Positions 1 through 7,932 of a DNA stretch of 12,243 bases are shown one piece after another. The stretch's first letter is position 1; every line of letters begins with the position of its first letter. Location: the NCBI GenBank assembly GCA_963836205.1, contig CAWIIV010000010.1:1-12243 (forward strand). The letters run 5' to 3'. A program made the translations under genes and the position numbers. A model generated the notes under the pieces. It ran no database searches. It was not told the origin of the DNA and saw nothing but the letters and a program-made list of their open reading frames with translations. This DNA is from an uncultured Acidimicrobiia bacterium (GTDB lineage: Bacteria; Actinomycetota; Acidimicrobiia; Acidimicrobiales; AC-14).

Positions 1-6
1 CTAACT

Positions 7-34
7 TCCGCATCGTCTCCATCGTCCGTTCACA
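7..34 (+). promoter_or_regulatory. possible OmpR-family direct-repeat binding site
   Basis: TCCGCA (7-12), TCCATC (18-23) and TTCACA (29-34) recur with an 11-bp period upstream of the membrane protein/response regulator/kinase cluster. The match is degenerate. Confidence 0.25.
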
Positions 35-79
35 ATTGGGGCCGATCCTGAGGTCACGAACCTGACCAAGGAGCGAGAC

Positions 80-475
80 ATGAACAACCGGAAGGTGTGG
101 ACGGGCGTGCTGGCCGGGGTGCTGGCCGCCGGACTGCTGATCAGCGTGGCCTTCGGGGCCTACCGGGCGGGCGAGCGCCGGGAGGTCGTCACCCGGGTGG
201 CGGGCGACGGCGAGGTGGTGCGGGTCATCGACGACACTCATCGGGGGGGCGGCCACTGGGGCTACGGACCGGGACCGGGCTTCTTCCTCTTCCCCCTGCT
301 CGGCATCGGCCTGGTCGTCCTGCTCGTCGGCCGCGGCCGGCGCGGGTCCGGCGGGGGCGGGTGGTGCGGGCCCGGGCCCGGCAACGGTCCCGAGTCGAGG
401 ATGGAGGACTGGCACCGGCGGGCCCACGAACAGGCGCCGGCCGCGCCGGCCGCGCCGGCGCCGCCGACAAGCTGA
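80..475 (+). CDS. small membrane protein with two predicted TM segments, probable accessory/target of the two-component system
   Basis: SD AAGGAG at 68-73 before ATG 80. Hydrophobic stretches VWTGVLAGVLAAGLLISVAFG and FFLFPLLGIGLVVLLV, Gly/Pro-rich linkers and an EDWHRRAH tail. Confidence 0.8.
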   Translation: MNNRKVWTGVLAGVLAAGLLISVAFGAYRAGERREVVTRVAGDGEVVRVIDDTHRGGGHWGYGPGPGFFLFPLLGIGLVVLLVGRGRRGSGGGGWCGPGPGNGPESRMEDWHRRAHEQAPAAPAAPAPPTS

Positions 476-484
476 GATGGTGGG

Positions 485-1183
485 GTGACCAGGACCGTGC
501 TCGTCGTCGACGACGAGCCCAAGATCCTCCAGGTGGTGCGGGACTACCTGGCCGACGCCGGGTTCACGGTCACCACCGCCAGTGACGGGACGACGGCCCT
601 GGCCCAGGCCAGGGCCGTCCCGCCCGACCTGGTCGTCCTCGACCTGGGCCTGCCCGGCATCGACGGGCTCGACGTGGCCCGGGAGCTCCAGCGGCGGGGG
701 CCCGTCCCCATCATCATGCTCACCGCCCGCAGCGACGAGGTCGACCGGGTGCTCGGCCTGGAGCTGGGGGCCGACGACTATCTGGTGAAGCCGTTCAGCC
801 CCCGGGAGCTGGTGGCGCGGGTGCGGGCCGTGCTGCGCCGCACCGAGCGGGCGGCCACCGGGGCGGATGGCGGCGGGGCGGGGCCGTTCGCGGTGGGCGC
901 CGTGGCCGTCGACCCCGAGCGACGGCGGGTGACGGTGGCCGGGCGGGTGGTCGAGCTCACCGCCACCGAGTTCGAGCTGGTCGAACACCTGGCCCGCCAG
1001 CCGGGCCGGGTCTTTACCCGCTCCCAGCTGCTCGACGTGATCCACGGGCTGGCGGTGGAGTCCTACGAGCGGGCCATCGACGCCCACGTCAAGAACATCC
1101 GGCGCAAGCTCGAACCCGATCCCCACCGGCCCCGGTACCTGCTCACCGTCCACGGCGTCGGCTACCGGTTCGCCGAGGCCTGA
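485..1183 (+). CDS. OmpR/PhoB-family response regulator
   Basis: Receiver domain (VLVVDDE, phospho-Asp in LVVLDLGLP, LTAR, KPF) plus winged-helix domain (LTATEFELV, RAIDAHVKNIRRKLE, TVHGVGYRF). GTG start. Confidence 0.96.
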   Translation: MTRTVLVVDDEPKILQVVRDYLADAGFTVTTASDGTTALAQARAVPPDLVVLDLGLPGIDGLDVARELQRRGPVPIIMLTARSDEVDRVLGLELGADDYLVKPFSPRELVARVRAVLRRTERAATGADGGGAGPFAVGAVAVDPERRRVTVAGRVVELTATEFELVEHLARQPGRVFTRSQLLDVIHGLAVESYERAIDAHVKNIRRKLEPDPHRPRYLLTVHGVGYRFAEA

Positions 1184-2327
1184 TGCGAGGCCGCGGTCGT
1201 CCCCCGTGGTGGCCGGAGGGGAGTCGTGGCCGCCCGCGGGCGGGCCGCCGTGGGCTGGGCACCGGGGGCCTCCCCAGTTCCGCCGCCGTTTCCTGGTGGT
1301 GGCCCTCGTGGTGGTGGCGGTGCTGGTGGGTCTCGGGTTCGCGGTCGGGACGGCGGTGGACGGGTGGCACTGGGCCGGCGGGGGCCGTCCCGGGCCGGGG
1401 CCGGGTCCGGTGTCGGGGCCGGGGTCGGGTCGCAGCGGCGGACCGTGGTGGCCGCTCGGGATGATCGCCTTCGTCCTCCTCGTCGGCGGGATCGCCACCC
1501 GGCGGGCGTACCGCCGGCTGGGCGGTCCGGTGGCCGACCTGCTGGGCGCGGCCGAGCGCCTGGGCCGGGGCGACTACGACGTGCGGGTGGCGCCCGCCGG
1601 GCCCCGGGAGCTGCGGACCCTGGCGGAGACGATCAACGACGTCGCCGGCCGTTTGGCTGCGACCGAGGAGCAGCGACGGCGGTTCCTGGCCGACGTCACC
1701 CACGAGCTGCGCACGCCCCTGGCCGTCCTCCAGAGCGGCATCGAGGCCCAGGTCGACGGCATCCACCCCCGCGACGACCGCCACCTGGCCTCGCTGCTGG
1801 AGGAGACGCAGGTGTTGGGCCGGCTGGTCGACGACCTCCACACCCTCGCCCTGGCCGACGCCGGCCGGCTGGCGCTGCATCGCGAGCTCACCCACCCGGC
1901 GGCGCTGGTGGCCGACGCGGTCGAGGCCCACGCCGCCCTCGCCACCCGCAAAGGGGTGCGACTGGAGTCGACCGTGGCCGATGGCCTGCCCGAGATCGAC
2001 GTCGACCCCACCCGCATCCGCCAGGTCCTGGCCAACCTCCTGTCGAACGCGGTCCGCCACACCCCGGAGGAAGGGACGGTGGGCGTGGCCGTGACCAGGT
2101 CGAACGCGTCGGTCTGCTTCACGGTGACCGACTCGGGACCAGGCTTCGCGCCCGACCAGGTGGCGACGATCTTCGAGCGCTTCACCCGTTCGTCCGACTC
2201 CAGTGGAAGCGGCCTGGGCCTGTCCATCGCCCGCGACCTCGTCGTCGCCCACGGCGGCGCCATCCACGCGTCGAGCGAGCCCGGCCACGGCGCATCGGTC
2301 ACCTTCACCCTGCCCGCGGAGACCTGA
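1183..2327 (+). CDS. HAMP-domain sensor histidine kinase (BaeS-like); 5' end probably frameshifted at the G run 1218-1221, in-frame ORF 1206-2327
   Basis: Two TM segments, HAMP, H-box FLADVTHELRTPL, N-box QVLANLLSNAVRH, G1 DSGPG, F-box IFERF, G2 GSGLGL. ATG 1183 overlaps the regulator stop (TGATG) but is out of frame with the main body. Confidence 0.92.
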
Positions 2328-2341
2328 CGCGCCCGCGACCA

Positions 2342-2398
2342 GGCCAACTGGTGACAAAAATGGGTGTCTGGGTCACCGAAAACGTCACCGGTTCGGCC
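2342..2398. repeat. REP-like imperfect palindrome
   Basis: GGCCAACTGGTGAC (2342-2355) pairs with GTCACCGGTT(C)GGCC (2384-2398). Inner GGTG/CACC stem and an A-rich internal loop. Confidence 0.6.
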
Positions 2399-2440
2399 GG
2401 GGGCGGGCGGTCCGGCGTCGCCATCGGCTTCACTGGTCCG

Positions 2441-3262
2441 ATGGACGCGGAGGCCGAGGAGTTCGACACCGGGGAGGTGGCCGCCGTCTTCGGGCGGGCG
2501 GCCGCCACCTACGACACCGTCATCCCCTTCTTCACCACCTTCGGCGCCCGCCTGGTGGCCACGGCAGCCCCGGCCCTCGGCGAGCGGGTGCTCGACGTGG
2601 GCTGCGGGCGGGGAGCCACCCTCCTGCCGGCGTCGGTGGCGGTGGGACCCACGGGCCGGGTGGTGGGCATCGACCTGTCCGAGGAGATGGTGGCCCTGCT
2701 CGCCGCCGACCTGGAGGCCGCCGGCGTCGACAACGCCACGGTCCGGCTGGGCAACGCCCAGGCCCTCGACATGGAGGGCGCCACCTTCGACGTCGTCCTG
2801 TCGCAGATGGTGCTCCACCTGCTCCCCGACCCGCCCGCGGCCGCGGCCGAGTTCTTCCGGGTCCTGGTCCCAGGCGGCCGGTGCGTGACGTCCGTCCCGG
2901 CCGGAGCTCGCGGGTGGGAGTTCATGGGCTCGCTGTTCGAGGCGTTCGGGTCCCGGGCGGTGCGGCCCATGACTGTGCCGTTCCGCCCCGACTTCGACCT
3001 CCGGGCCACAGTGTCGGGTGCCGGCTTCGAGATCGCGAACGACCAGGAGGTGGAGGTCGAGTTCCACTTCCCTGACGAGCAGGGGTGGTGGGACTGGGGC
3101 TGGGGCAACGGGGTGCGCGCCCTCTACGAGATCCTGGCTCCCGACGAGCTCGAAGGACTCAAGGCCGCCGCCTTCGCCGAGCTGGCCACCCGCCGGACGC
3201 CGGAGGGGATCCCGATGATGCAGCGGGTCCGCATGGTGGTCGGGACGAAGCCGGCGGCCTGA
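2441..3262 (+). CDS. class I SAM-dependent methyltransferase (UbiE/Methyltransf_11-like)
   Basis: Motif I VLDVGCGRG, VVGIDLSEEM, FDVVLS, RVLVPGG. Start placed at ATG 2441 (MDAEAEEF); the upstream part of the 678-aa ORF is shadow of the kinase gene. Confidence 0.92.
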   Translation: MDAEAEEFDTGEVAAVFGRAAATYDTVIPFFTTFGARLVATAAPALGERVLDVGCGRGATLLPASVAVGPTGRVVGIDLSEEMVALLAADLEAAGVDNATVRLGNAQALDMEGATFDVVLSQMVLHLLPDPPAAAAEFFRVLVPGGRCVTSVPAGARGWEFMGSLFEAFGSRAVRPMTVPFRPDFDLRATVSGAGFEIANDQEVEVEFHFPDEQGWWDWGWGNGVRALYEILAPDELEGLKAAAFAELATRRTPEGIPMMQRVRMVVGTKPAA

Positions 3263-3290
3263 CGCCGCGACCGGGGCGCGTCCCCGACCC

Positions 3291-4469
3291 CTACTCCACC
3301 GCCCGCTCGGGCGCGCGGTTGACACCCACGCTGACCGCGACCAGGCCCGCCAACAAGAGGCCTGTGACCAGCACCGGCTCCGGCGACGCGGCGGAGGCCA
3401 CGATGAGGACGGCGGCCACGGGGACGGCGACGGTGCGGTGCCAGCCGGGCTGCTTGTCCCGGTAGTGGAGGGCCCACACCATCGTCACGTAGACCGCCAC
3501 CGGCACGGTGGCCGCGAATCCCGCCTCCAGGTCGGTGAGCTCGGAGTGGTGGGTGGCCTGGTCGACCGCCACCGCCAGGCCCGCCCCTGCGGCAGCCGCC
3601 GCCGCGAACACCACGTAGTGCCCGTACCCCCACAGGAAGGGGCCACCGAGCTTCTCGGCGAAGGCGGAGCGGGCCCGCTCCACCACGTGCTCGGCGGGCA
3701 GGTCGAAGTAGATCCACCACATGGAGAAGACCACGAGCAGCCCACCGACGACGACCGCGGCCAGGTCGCCGAAGACGGCCTCGTCATCGAGGGCGGCCTG
3801 CACCCCGACGGTGGCCGCCAGCAGCGTCTCCCCCAGCACGATGATCGTGAACAGCTGGTAGCGCTCGGCGATGTGGCGGGGGTGCCACGACGTCCGTCCG
3901 ACCGTCTCGGCCCACATCGGCACGGCCAGCTCGGCCGCCACCAGCACGAGGAAGGACGGGACGGCGAACCCGTCGGGCAGCGCCAGGCGGGCCAACCACG
4001 CGACCTGGAGGACGGCGATGCCTGCCGCGTATCTGAGGGCGCACGCCCGTCCCACCGGGTGGGAGGCGGCGGCCCGCAGCCACAGCCCCACCATCGCCGC
4101 CCGCATCACCACGTAGCCGGCCACGATGACCTCGAAGTGGCCGCCGTCGAACGCCCGGGGGACGCCGGCGGCCAGGATGAGCACCCCCGTCATCATCACC
4201 AGCACCGCCAACCGGTAGGTGGCGTCGTCGGTGTCGTAGGCGGACGCGAACCAGGTGAGGTTCATCCACGCCCACCAGATGGCGAAGAACACCAGGGGGA
4301 ATCCGACCAGGGCGTCGCCGGCGTGGCCGTCGACCAGGCCGTGGTGGAGGCTGGCCGCGGCCTGGGCGACGGCCACCACGAAGGTGAGGTCGAAGAACAG
4401 CTCCAGCGGGGTCGCCGCCCGGTGTTCCTCGAGGGGGTCCCGGGACGACATGCGCACGTGCAATTGCAT
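3291..4469 (-). CDS. ltrA: low temperature requirement protein A (LtrA family) polytopic membrane protein
   Basis: ATPLELFFDLTFVVAV, WWAWMNLTWFAS.YD, HIAERYQLFTIIVLGE, WWIYF, WGYGH motifs and many TM segments. ATG 4469 is preceded by CAGGAT plus 6 nt. Confidence 0.92.
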   Translation of the reverse strand: MQLHVRMSSRDPLEEHRAATPLELFFDLTFVVAVAQAAASLHHGLVDGHAGDALVGFPLVFFAIWWAWMNLTWFASAYDTDDATYRLAVLVMMTGVLILAAGVPRAFDGGHFEVIVAGYVVMRAAMVGLWLRAAASHPVGRACALRYAAGIAVLQVAWLARLALPDGFAVPSFLVLVAAELAVPMWAETVGRTSWHPRHIAERYQLFTIIVLGETLLAATVGVQAALDDEAVFGDLAAVVVGGLLVVFSMWWIYFDLPAEHVVERARSAFAEKLGGPFLWGYGHYVVFAAAAAAGAGLAVAVDQATHHSELTDLEAGFAATVPVAVYVTMVWALHYRDKQPGWHRTVAVPVAAVLIVASAASPEPVLVTGLLLAGLVAVSVGVNRAPERAVE

Positions 4470-4512
4470 CCCGCCATCCTGTCCCGCGCGCCCCGCCACC
4501 GACAGGCCCGGC

Positions 4513-4554
4513 AAATACGACTTGTTTGGTCGGCTTTATCGACATAGTCTGTCG
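4513..4554. promoter_or_regulatory. tandem palindromic operator-like boxes overlapping a -10 element
   Basis: CGAC-TTGTTTG-GTCG (4518-4532) and CGAC-ATAGTCT-GTCG (4540-4554), 22 bp apart. TAGTCT (4545-4550) lies 7 nt before ATG 4558. Confidence 0.6.
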
Positions 4555-4557
4555 GAC

Positions 4558-4632
4558 ATGCGGTCACCAGCCACGTCGAACGACACCTGGGGCGAGGCGT
4601 CCCGGCTGAAGTTCGACGAGTGCTGTCGCTGA
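4558..4632 (+). CDS. putative leaderless Cys-containing leader peptide MRSPATSNDTWGEASRLKFDECCR
   Basis: 24 codons ending TGC TGT CGC TGA, directly after a -10-like hexamer and 44 nt upstream of a cysteine dioxygenase-family gene. Confidence 0.65.
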   Translation: MRSPATSNDTWGEASRLKFDECCR

Positions 4633-4635
4633 CCG

Positions 4636-4671
4636 GACCTCCCGCCCATCCCCCGCTCGTCCCTGGAGGTC
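4636..4671 (+). promoter_or_regulatory. anti-SD/SD sequestering stem
   Basis: GACCTCC (4636-4642) is the exact reverse complement of GGAGGTC (4665-4671), which contains the SD of the downstream gene. Confidence 0.6.
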
Positions 4672-4676
4672 GTCCG

Positions 4677-5144
4677 TTGTCCCTCACCGCCCTGCCGGTG
4701 CGCGTCCCGTCCGCCATGCTCACGTCCATCGCCACCGGCCTGGCCGCGGTGGTGACACCGGCCGACCTCGACCTCGACGACGACCGGGCCTACCTCCGGC
4801 TGCTGACGACCGACGCCTACGAGGCCTGGCTGATCGCCTGGGCCCCGGGTGGGTCCCTCGACCTCCACGACCACGGCGGCTCGGCGGGGGCGGTGGCGGT
4901 GGTGGACGGCGAACTGCTCGAGCGCTACACCGACCGGCTACGCCCGCTCCCCCTGCGGACCAACCGGGTCCGGGCCCGCGAGACGCTCACCGTCGGGCCC
5001 ACACGGGTCCACGGCATGTGGAACCCTGGTCCGACGAACGCACTCTCCGTCCACGTGTACTCACCGCCGCTGTCGACGATGACCTTCTACGACCCCCGGC
5101 TGCTCACCCCCGTCCGCACCGAGCGGAGTGATCTCGCGGTATGA
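4677..5144 (+). CDS. cysteine dioxygenase-family (thiol dioxygenase) cupin
   Basis: SD GGAGGT then TTG 4677. Motifs WLIAWAPG, LHDHGGS, RVHGMWN (3-His iron site) and ALSVHVYSPPL (Ser-His-Tyr motif). Confidence 0.9.
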   Translation: MSLTALPVRVPSAMLTSIATGLAAVVTPADLDLDDDRAYLRLLTTDAYEAWLIAWAPGGSLDLHDHGGSAGAVAVVDGELLERYTDRLRPLPLRTNRVRARETLTVGPTRVHGMWNPGPTNALSVHVYSPPLSTMTFYDPRLLTPVRTERSDLAV

Positions 5145-5148
5145 CGGC

Positions 5149-5514
5149 GTGACCGCCCGCATCGACGAGCTGTTGGCCGAAGTCCGCCGGCAGCTGCCCC
5201 ACCGGCCGACGGCCGCCGAGGTGCCCGCACTTCGCCGGCGGGGCGCCCTCCTGGTCGACATCCGACCGGTCGAGCAACGATCCCGCGACGGCGAGATCGA
5301 GGGCGCCGTCGTCGTCGACCGCAACGTCCTCGAGTGGCGTCTCGACCCGACGTCGCCCCACCGCATCCCCGAGGTCACCGACCTCGACCAGGAGGTGGTC
5401 GTCGTCTGCAACGAGGGCTACGCCTCCAGCCTGGCCGCCCTCAGCCTCCAGCAGCTCGGGTTCCACCGGGCGACCGACCTCGACGGCGGCATCCAGGCCC
5501 TGCTCGCCGGCTAA
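5149..5514 (+). CDS. single-domain rhodanese-like sulfurtransferase
   Basis: LLVDIRP, GEIEGA, LEWRLDP, active-site loop VVVCNEGYAS, DLDGGI. Start GTG 5149 (alternative GTG 5128), immediately after the dioxygenase stop. Confidence 0.88.
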   Translation: MTARIDELLAEVRRQLPHRPTAAEVPALRRRGALLVDIRPVEQRSRDGEIEGAVVVDRNVLEWRLDPTSPHRIPEVTDLDQEVVVVCNEGYASSLAALSLQQLGFHRATDLDGGIQALLAG

Positions 5515-5560
5515 GGTCCGTGGGGCCGGCGACGACCCCCACCCGGGTACCCTCGACGTG

Positions 5561-6418
5561 ATGGACCACCTGCTGTGGGAGTCCCGTCCGAAGCTGCGGC
5601 GCCCGGTGCTGCTGGCCGCCTTCGAGGGATGGAACGATGCCGGCGACGCGGCCTCGTCCGCCGTCCGCTACCTGCGCGACCGCTGGCAGGCCAAGCGGTT
5701 CGCCACCATCGACCCGGAGGACTTCTTCGACTTCTCGTCGACCCGGCCCCACGTCCGCCTCAACGACGACATGGCCCGGGAGATCGCGTGGCCGTCGAAC
5801 GAGCTGTCGGCGGCGTCGCTGCCAGGCACGTCACGCGACGTGATCGTGCTGTTGGGCACGGAGCCCCAGCTCAAGTGGCGGACGTTCACCGAGGAGCTGG
5901 TGGGCGTGGCCACCTCCATGGGCGTGGAGCTGGTGGTCACCCTGGGCGCGCTGCTGGCCGACGTGGCCCACACCCGTCCCGTCCGGGTGACGGGCACCGC
6001 CGCCGACAACGAGCTGGTGCAGCGCCTGGGCCTGACCCGGTCGACGTACGAGGGCCCCACCGGCATCGTGGGCGTCCTGCACGAGGCCTTCAGCCGGGCC
6101 GAGATCCCGTCGGCGTCGCTGTGGGCGGCGGTGCCCCACTACGTGGCCGCCACCCCGTCCCCCAAGGCGTCGCTGGCCCTGGTCGAACGGGCCGCCCGCC
6201 TGCTGTCGACGTCGCTGTTCACCGCCGACCTCCAGGTGATGGCCGCCGACTACGAGCGCCAGGTGAGCGAGGTCGTCGACAGCGACGACGACGTGGCCGC
6301 CTACGTCCGCCGCCTGGAGGACAACGCCGACGACCCCGATGAGAGCGGCCGCCTGGAGCTGATGTCGGGCGACGCCCTCGCCGACGAGCTCGAACGCTTC
6401 CTGCGGGAGCAGGACTAA
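5561..6418 (+). CDS. PAC2 family protein (proteasome assembly chaperone-like)
   Basis: AAFEGWNDAGDAAS, IDPEDFFDF...RP, GTEPQLKW, LGALLADVAHTRP, YEGPTGIVGVL, WAAVPHYV, ELERFLR. TACCCT plus 7 nt before the ATG. Confidence 0.93.
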   Translation: MDHLLWESRPKLRRPVLLAAFEGWNDAGDAASSAVRYLRDRWQAKRFATIDPEDFFDFSSTRPHVRLNDDMAREIAWPSNELSAASLPGTSRDVIVLLGTEPQLKWRTFTEELVGVATSMGVELVVTLGALLADVAHTRPVRVTGTAADNELVQRLGLTRSTYEGPTGIVGVLHEAFSRAEIPSASLWAAVPHYVAATPSPKASLALVERAARLLSTSLFTADLQVMAADYERQVSEVVDSDDDVAAYVRRLEDNADDPDESGRLELMSGDALADELERFLREQD

Positions 6419-6446
6419 CCCGCCGGCCGGCGCCGGGCCGTGCGGG
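6419..6446. terminator. GC-rich hairpin between convergent genes
   Basis: CCCGCCGGCC (6419-6428) pairs with GGCCG(T)GCGGG (6436-6446). No U-tract. Confidence 0.45.
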
Positions 6447-6450
6447 CCGG

Positions 6451-7893
6451 TTACGGCTCGATGCCGAAGACGGCCAGTTTCTTGGCTGCGTCGGGGAAGA
6501 CCGCCGACGCGGCCGCGACGAAGTCGGCCGGCGTGGCGATGTCGTAGGCGTTCTGGGCGACGAAGACCCGCAGGGCGCAGTCGACCAGATCGGGGGTGCC
6601 CAGGGCGCCCAGGGCCTGGGCTCCCTGGGTGTAGACCCCGTCCTGATAGGCGTCGGGCTCTTGGGTCCAGAACGACATGGGCTCGCCCAGCCGGCCCTGG
6701 GCGACCCGGGGGACCTGTAGCCCCTCATAGAAGGCAAGGATGTGGTCGTAGCGCGCCTCGACGTACGTGGCGAGGCCCTCGTCGAGCCACGGGTCGCGGC
6801 CCTGGTCGTTGCCCACCAACCCGTAGAACCATTGGTGACCGACCTCGTGGGTGGTGATCTCGCCCTCGGTGAAGGGCCCCAACATGATGTGGGACGGGTA
6901 CTCGATCCCTCCGCCCAGCCCAGGTGTGAGCGCGACGGTGAGGGTGCTCCACGGATAGGGGCCGTAGCGCCCGGCGAAGGCTTCGAGGACGTCGACGGTC
7001 TGGTCGAGGAAGAACTGGGCGTTGCCCGGCATCCCGGGATGGCGGCCGACGGTGACGGTCACCGGGTCGGGCGCCAGGGCCACGGCGGTGACGAGGTCGG
7101 TGAAATGGCCGACGGACAGGGCCACGTCCCGCACCGCGGTGGCCAGGAACCGGTTGGGGTTGTCGGCCGTGGGCGCGCCGCTGGCCAGGACGTCGTAGCC
7201 GGCGGGGACGGTGACGGTGAGGTCGAAGTCGGCGGTGGGCGCGGTCGACGCCTCCGCGAAGTCGCCCACCGCCGCCTCCCGGGCCCAGCCCACGCCCGTC
7301 TCCCACGGCAGGATCGGGAAGAACGAGCCCAGGCGCATCGAGTCGGCTTCGAGGGCGAGGCGGTCGTTGGCGGGGCCGGGAACGGCGAGCGTCCATGGCA
7401 TGGCGATCTCGACGGTGGTGCCGGCGGCGATGGTGCGGCCGGGATCGACGACGAGGGTGGTGTCGTCCGGCTGGGTGGCGGGCGCGGGCTGGCCGTCGAC
7501 CGTCACCGGCCCGGGGTCGAGGCGGATGCCGGCGTCCGCTGGGCGGGGGCCGTTGGGCCACAGCCGGAAGACGATCTCGTTGGTGGGCAGGTCGGGCGTG
7601 AACGCCACCCGCAGGTCGCCGTCGACCGCGCCCTCCGCCGGCCGGATGTCGACGTGGAGGACGTACCGGGAGCGGTCGGCGCGGGGTTCGGCCCGGGCGG
7701 GGATGGCGGGGCACGACGGGTCGGTGGCGACCGGCAGGGACGACTGAGGGGCGCTGGTGTCCGGGGCGGTGGACGGGGTGGCTCGCCCGCTGCCACCGCC
7801 TCGGTCGCCGCCGTCGTCGCCGTCGCCACGGCAGGCGGCGAGGACCAGGGCGAGGACGACGCCCACCACCAGGCGGGAGGGGCGCCGGCTCAC
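6451..7893 (-). CDS. lipoprotein zinc metallopeptidase, M1/gluzincin type
   Basis: GTG 7893 gives a signal peptide with lipobox LAAC. GGIEY (GAMEN-like), HEVGH plus downstream WLDEGLA, and distal Tyr in VYTQG. Confidence 0.88.
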   Translation of the reverse strand: MSRRPSRLVVGVVLALVLAACRGDGDDGGDRGGGSGRATPSTAPDTSAPQSSLPVATDPSCPAIPARAEPRADRSRYVLHVDIRPAEGAVDGDLRVAFTPDLPTNEIVFRLWPNGPRPADAGIRLDPGPVTVDGQPAPATQPDDTTLVVDPGRTIAAGTTVEIAMPWTLAVPGPANDRLALEADSMRLGSFFPILPWETGVGWAREAAVGDFAEASTAPTADFDLTVTVPAGYDVLASGAPTADNPNRFLATAVRDVALSVGHFTDLVTAVALAPDPVTVTVGRHPGMPGNAQFFLDQTVDVLEAFAGRYGPYPWSTLTVALTPGLGGGIEYPSHIMLGPFTEGEITTHEVGHQWFYGLVGNDQGRDPWLDEGLATYVEARYDHILAFYEGLQVPRVAQGRLGEPMSFWTQEPDAYQDGVYTQGAQALGALGTPDLVDCALRVFVAQNAYDIATPADFVAAASAVFPDAAKKLAVFGIEP

Positions 7894-7932
7894 CGTCCCA
7901 TAGTGACAGGCGCTCGCGGGCAAACTGGGGGC

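Noticed and set aside
1226-2440. N-terminal 405 aa of the 678-aa ORF, suggesting a large methyltransferase fusion
   Set aside because: Arg/Pro/Gly-rich shadow frame overlapping the kinase; recognisable protein starts only at ATG 2441.
3261-3290. Possible terminator between the methyltransferase and ltrA (and likewise 8434-8469)
   Set aside because: Only about 5-bp stems (GACGC/GCGTC; GTTCG/CGAAC), too weak to call.
5561-7893. PAC2 plus peptidase as a dedicated proteolysis module
   Set aside because: The genes are convergent and the products are in different compartments (cytosolic versus lipoprotein); no pup or proteasome genes are in the window.
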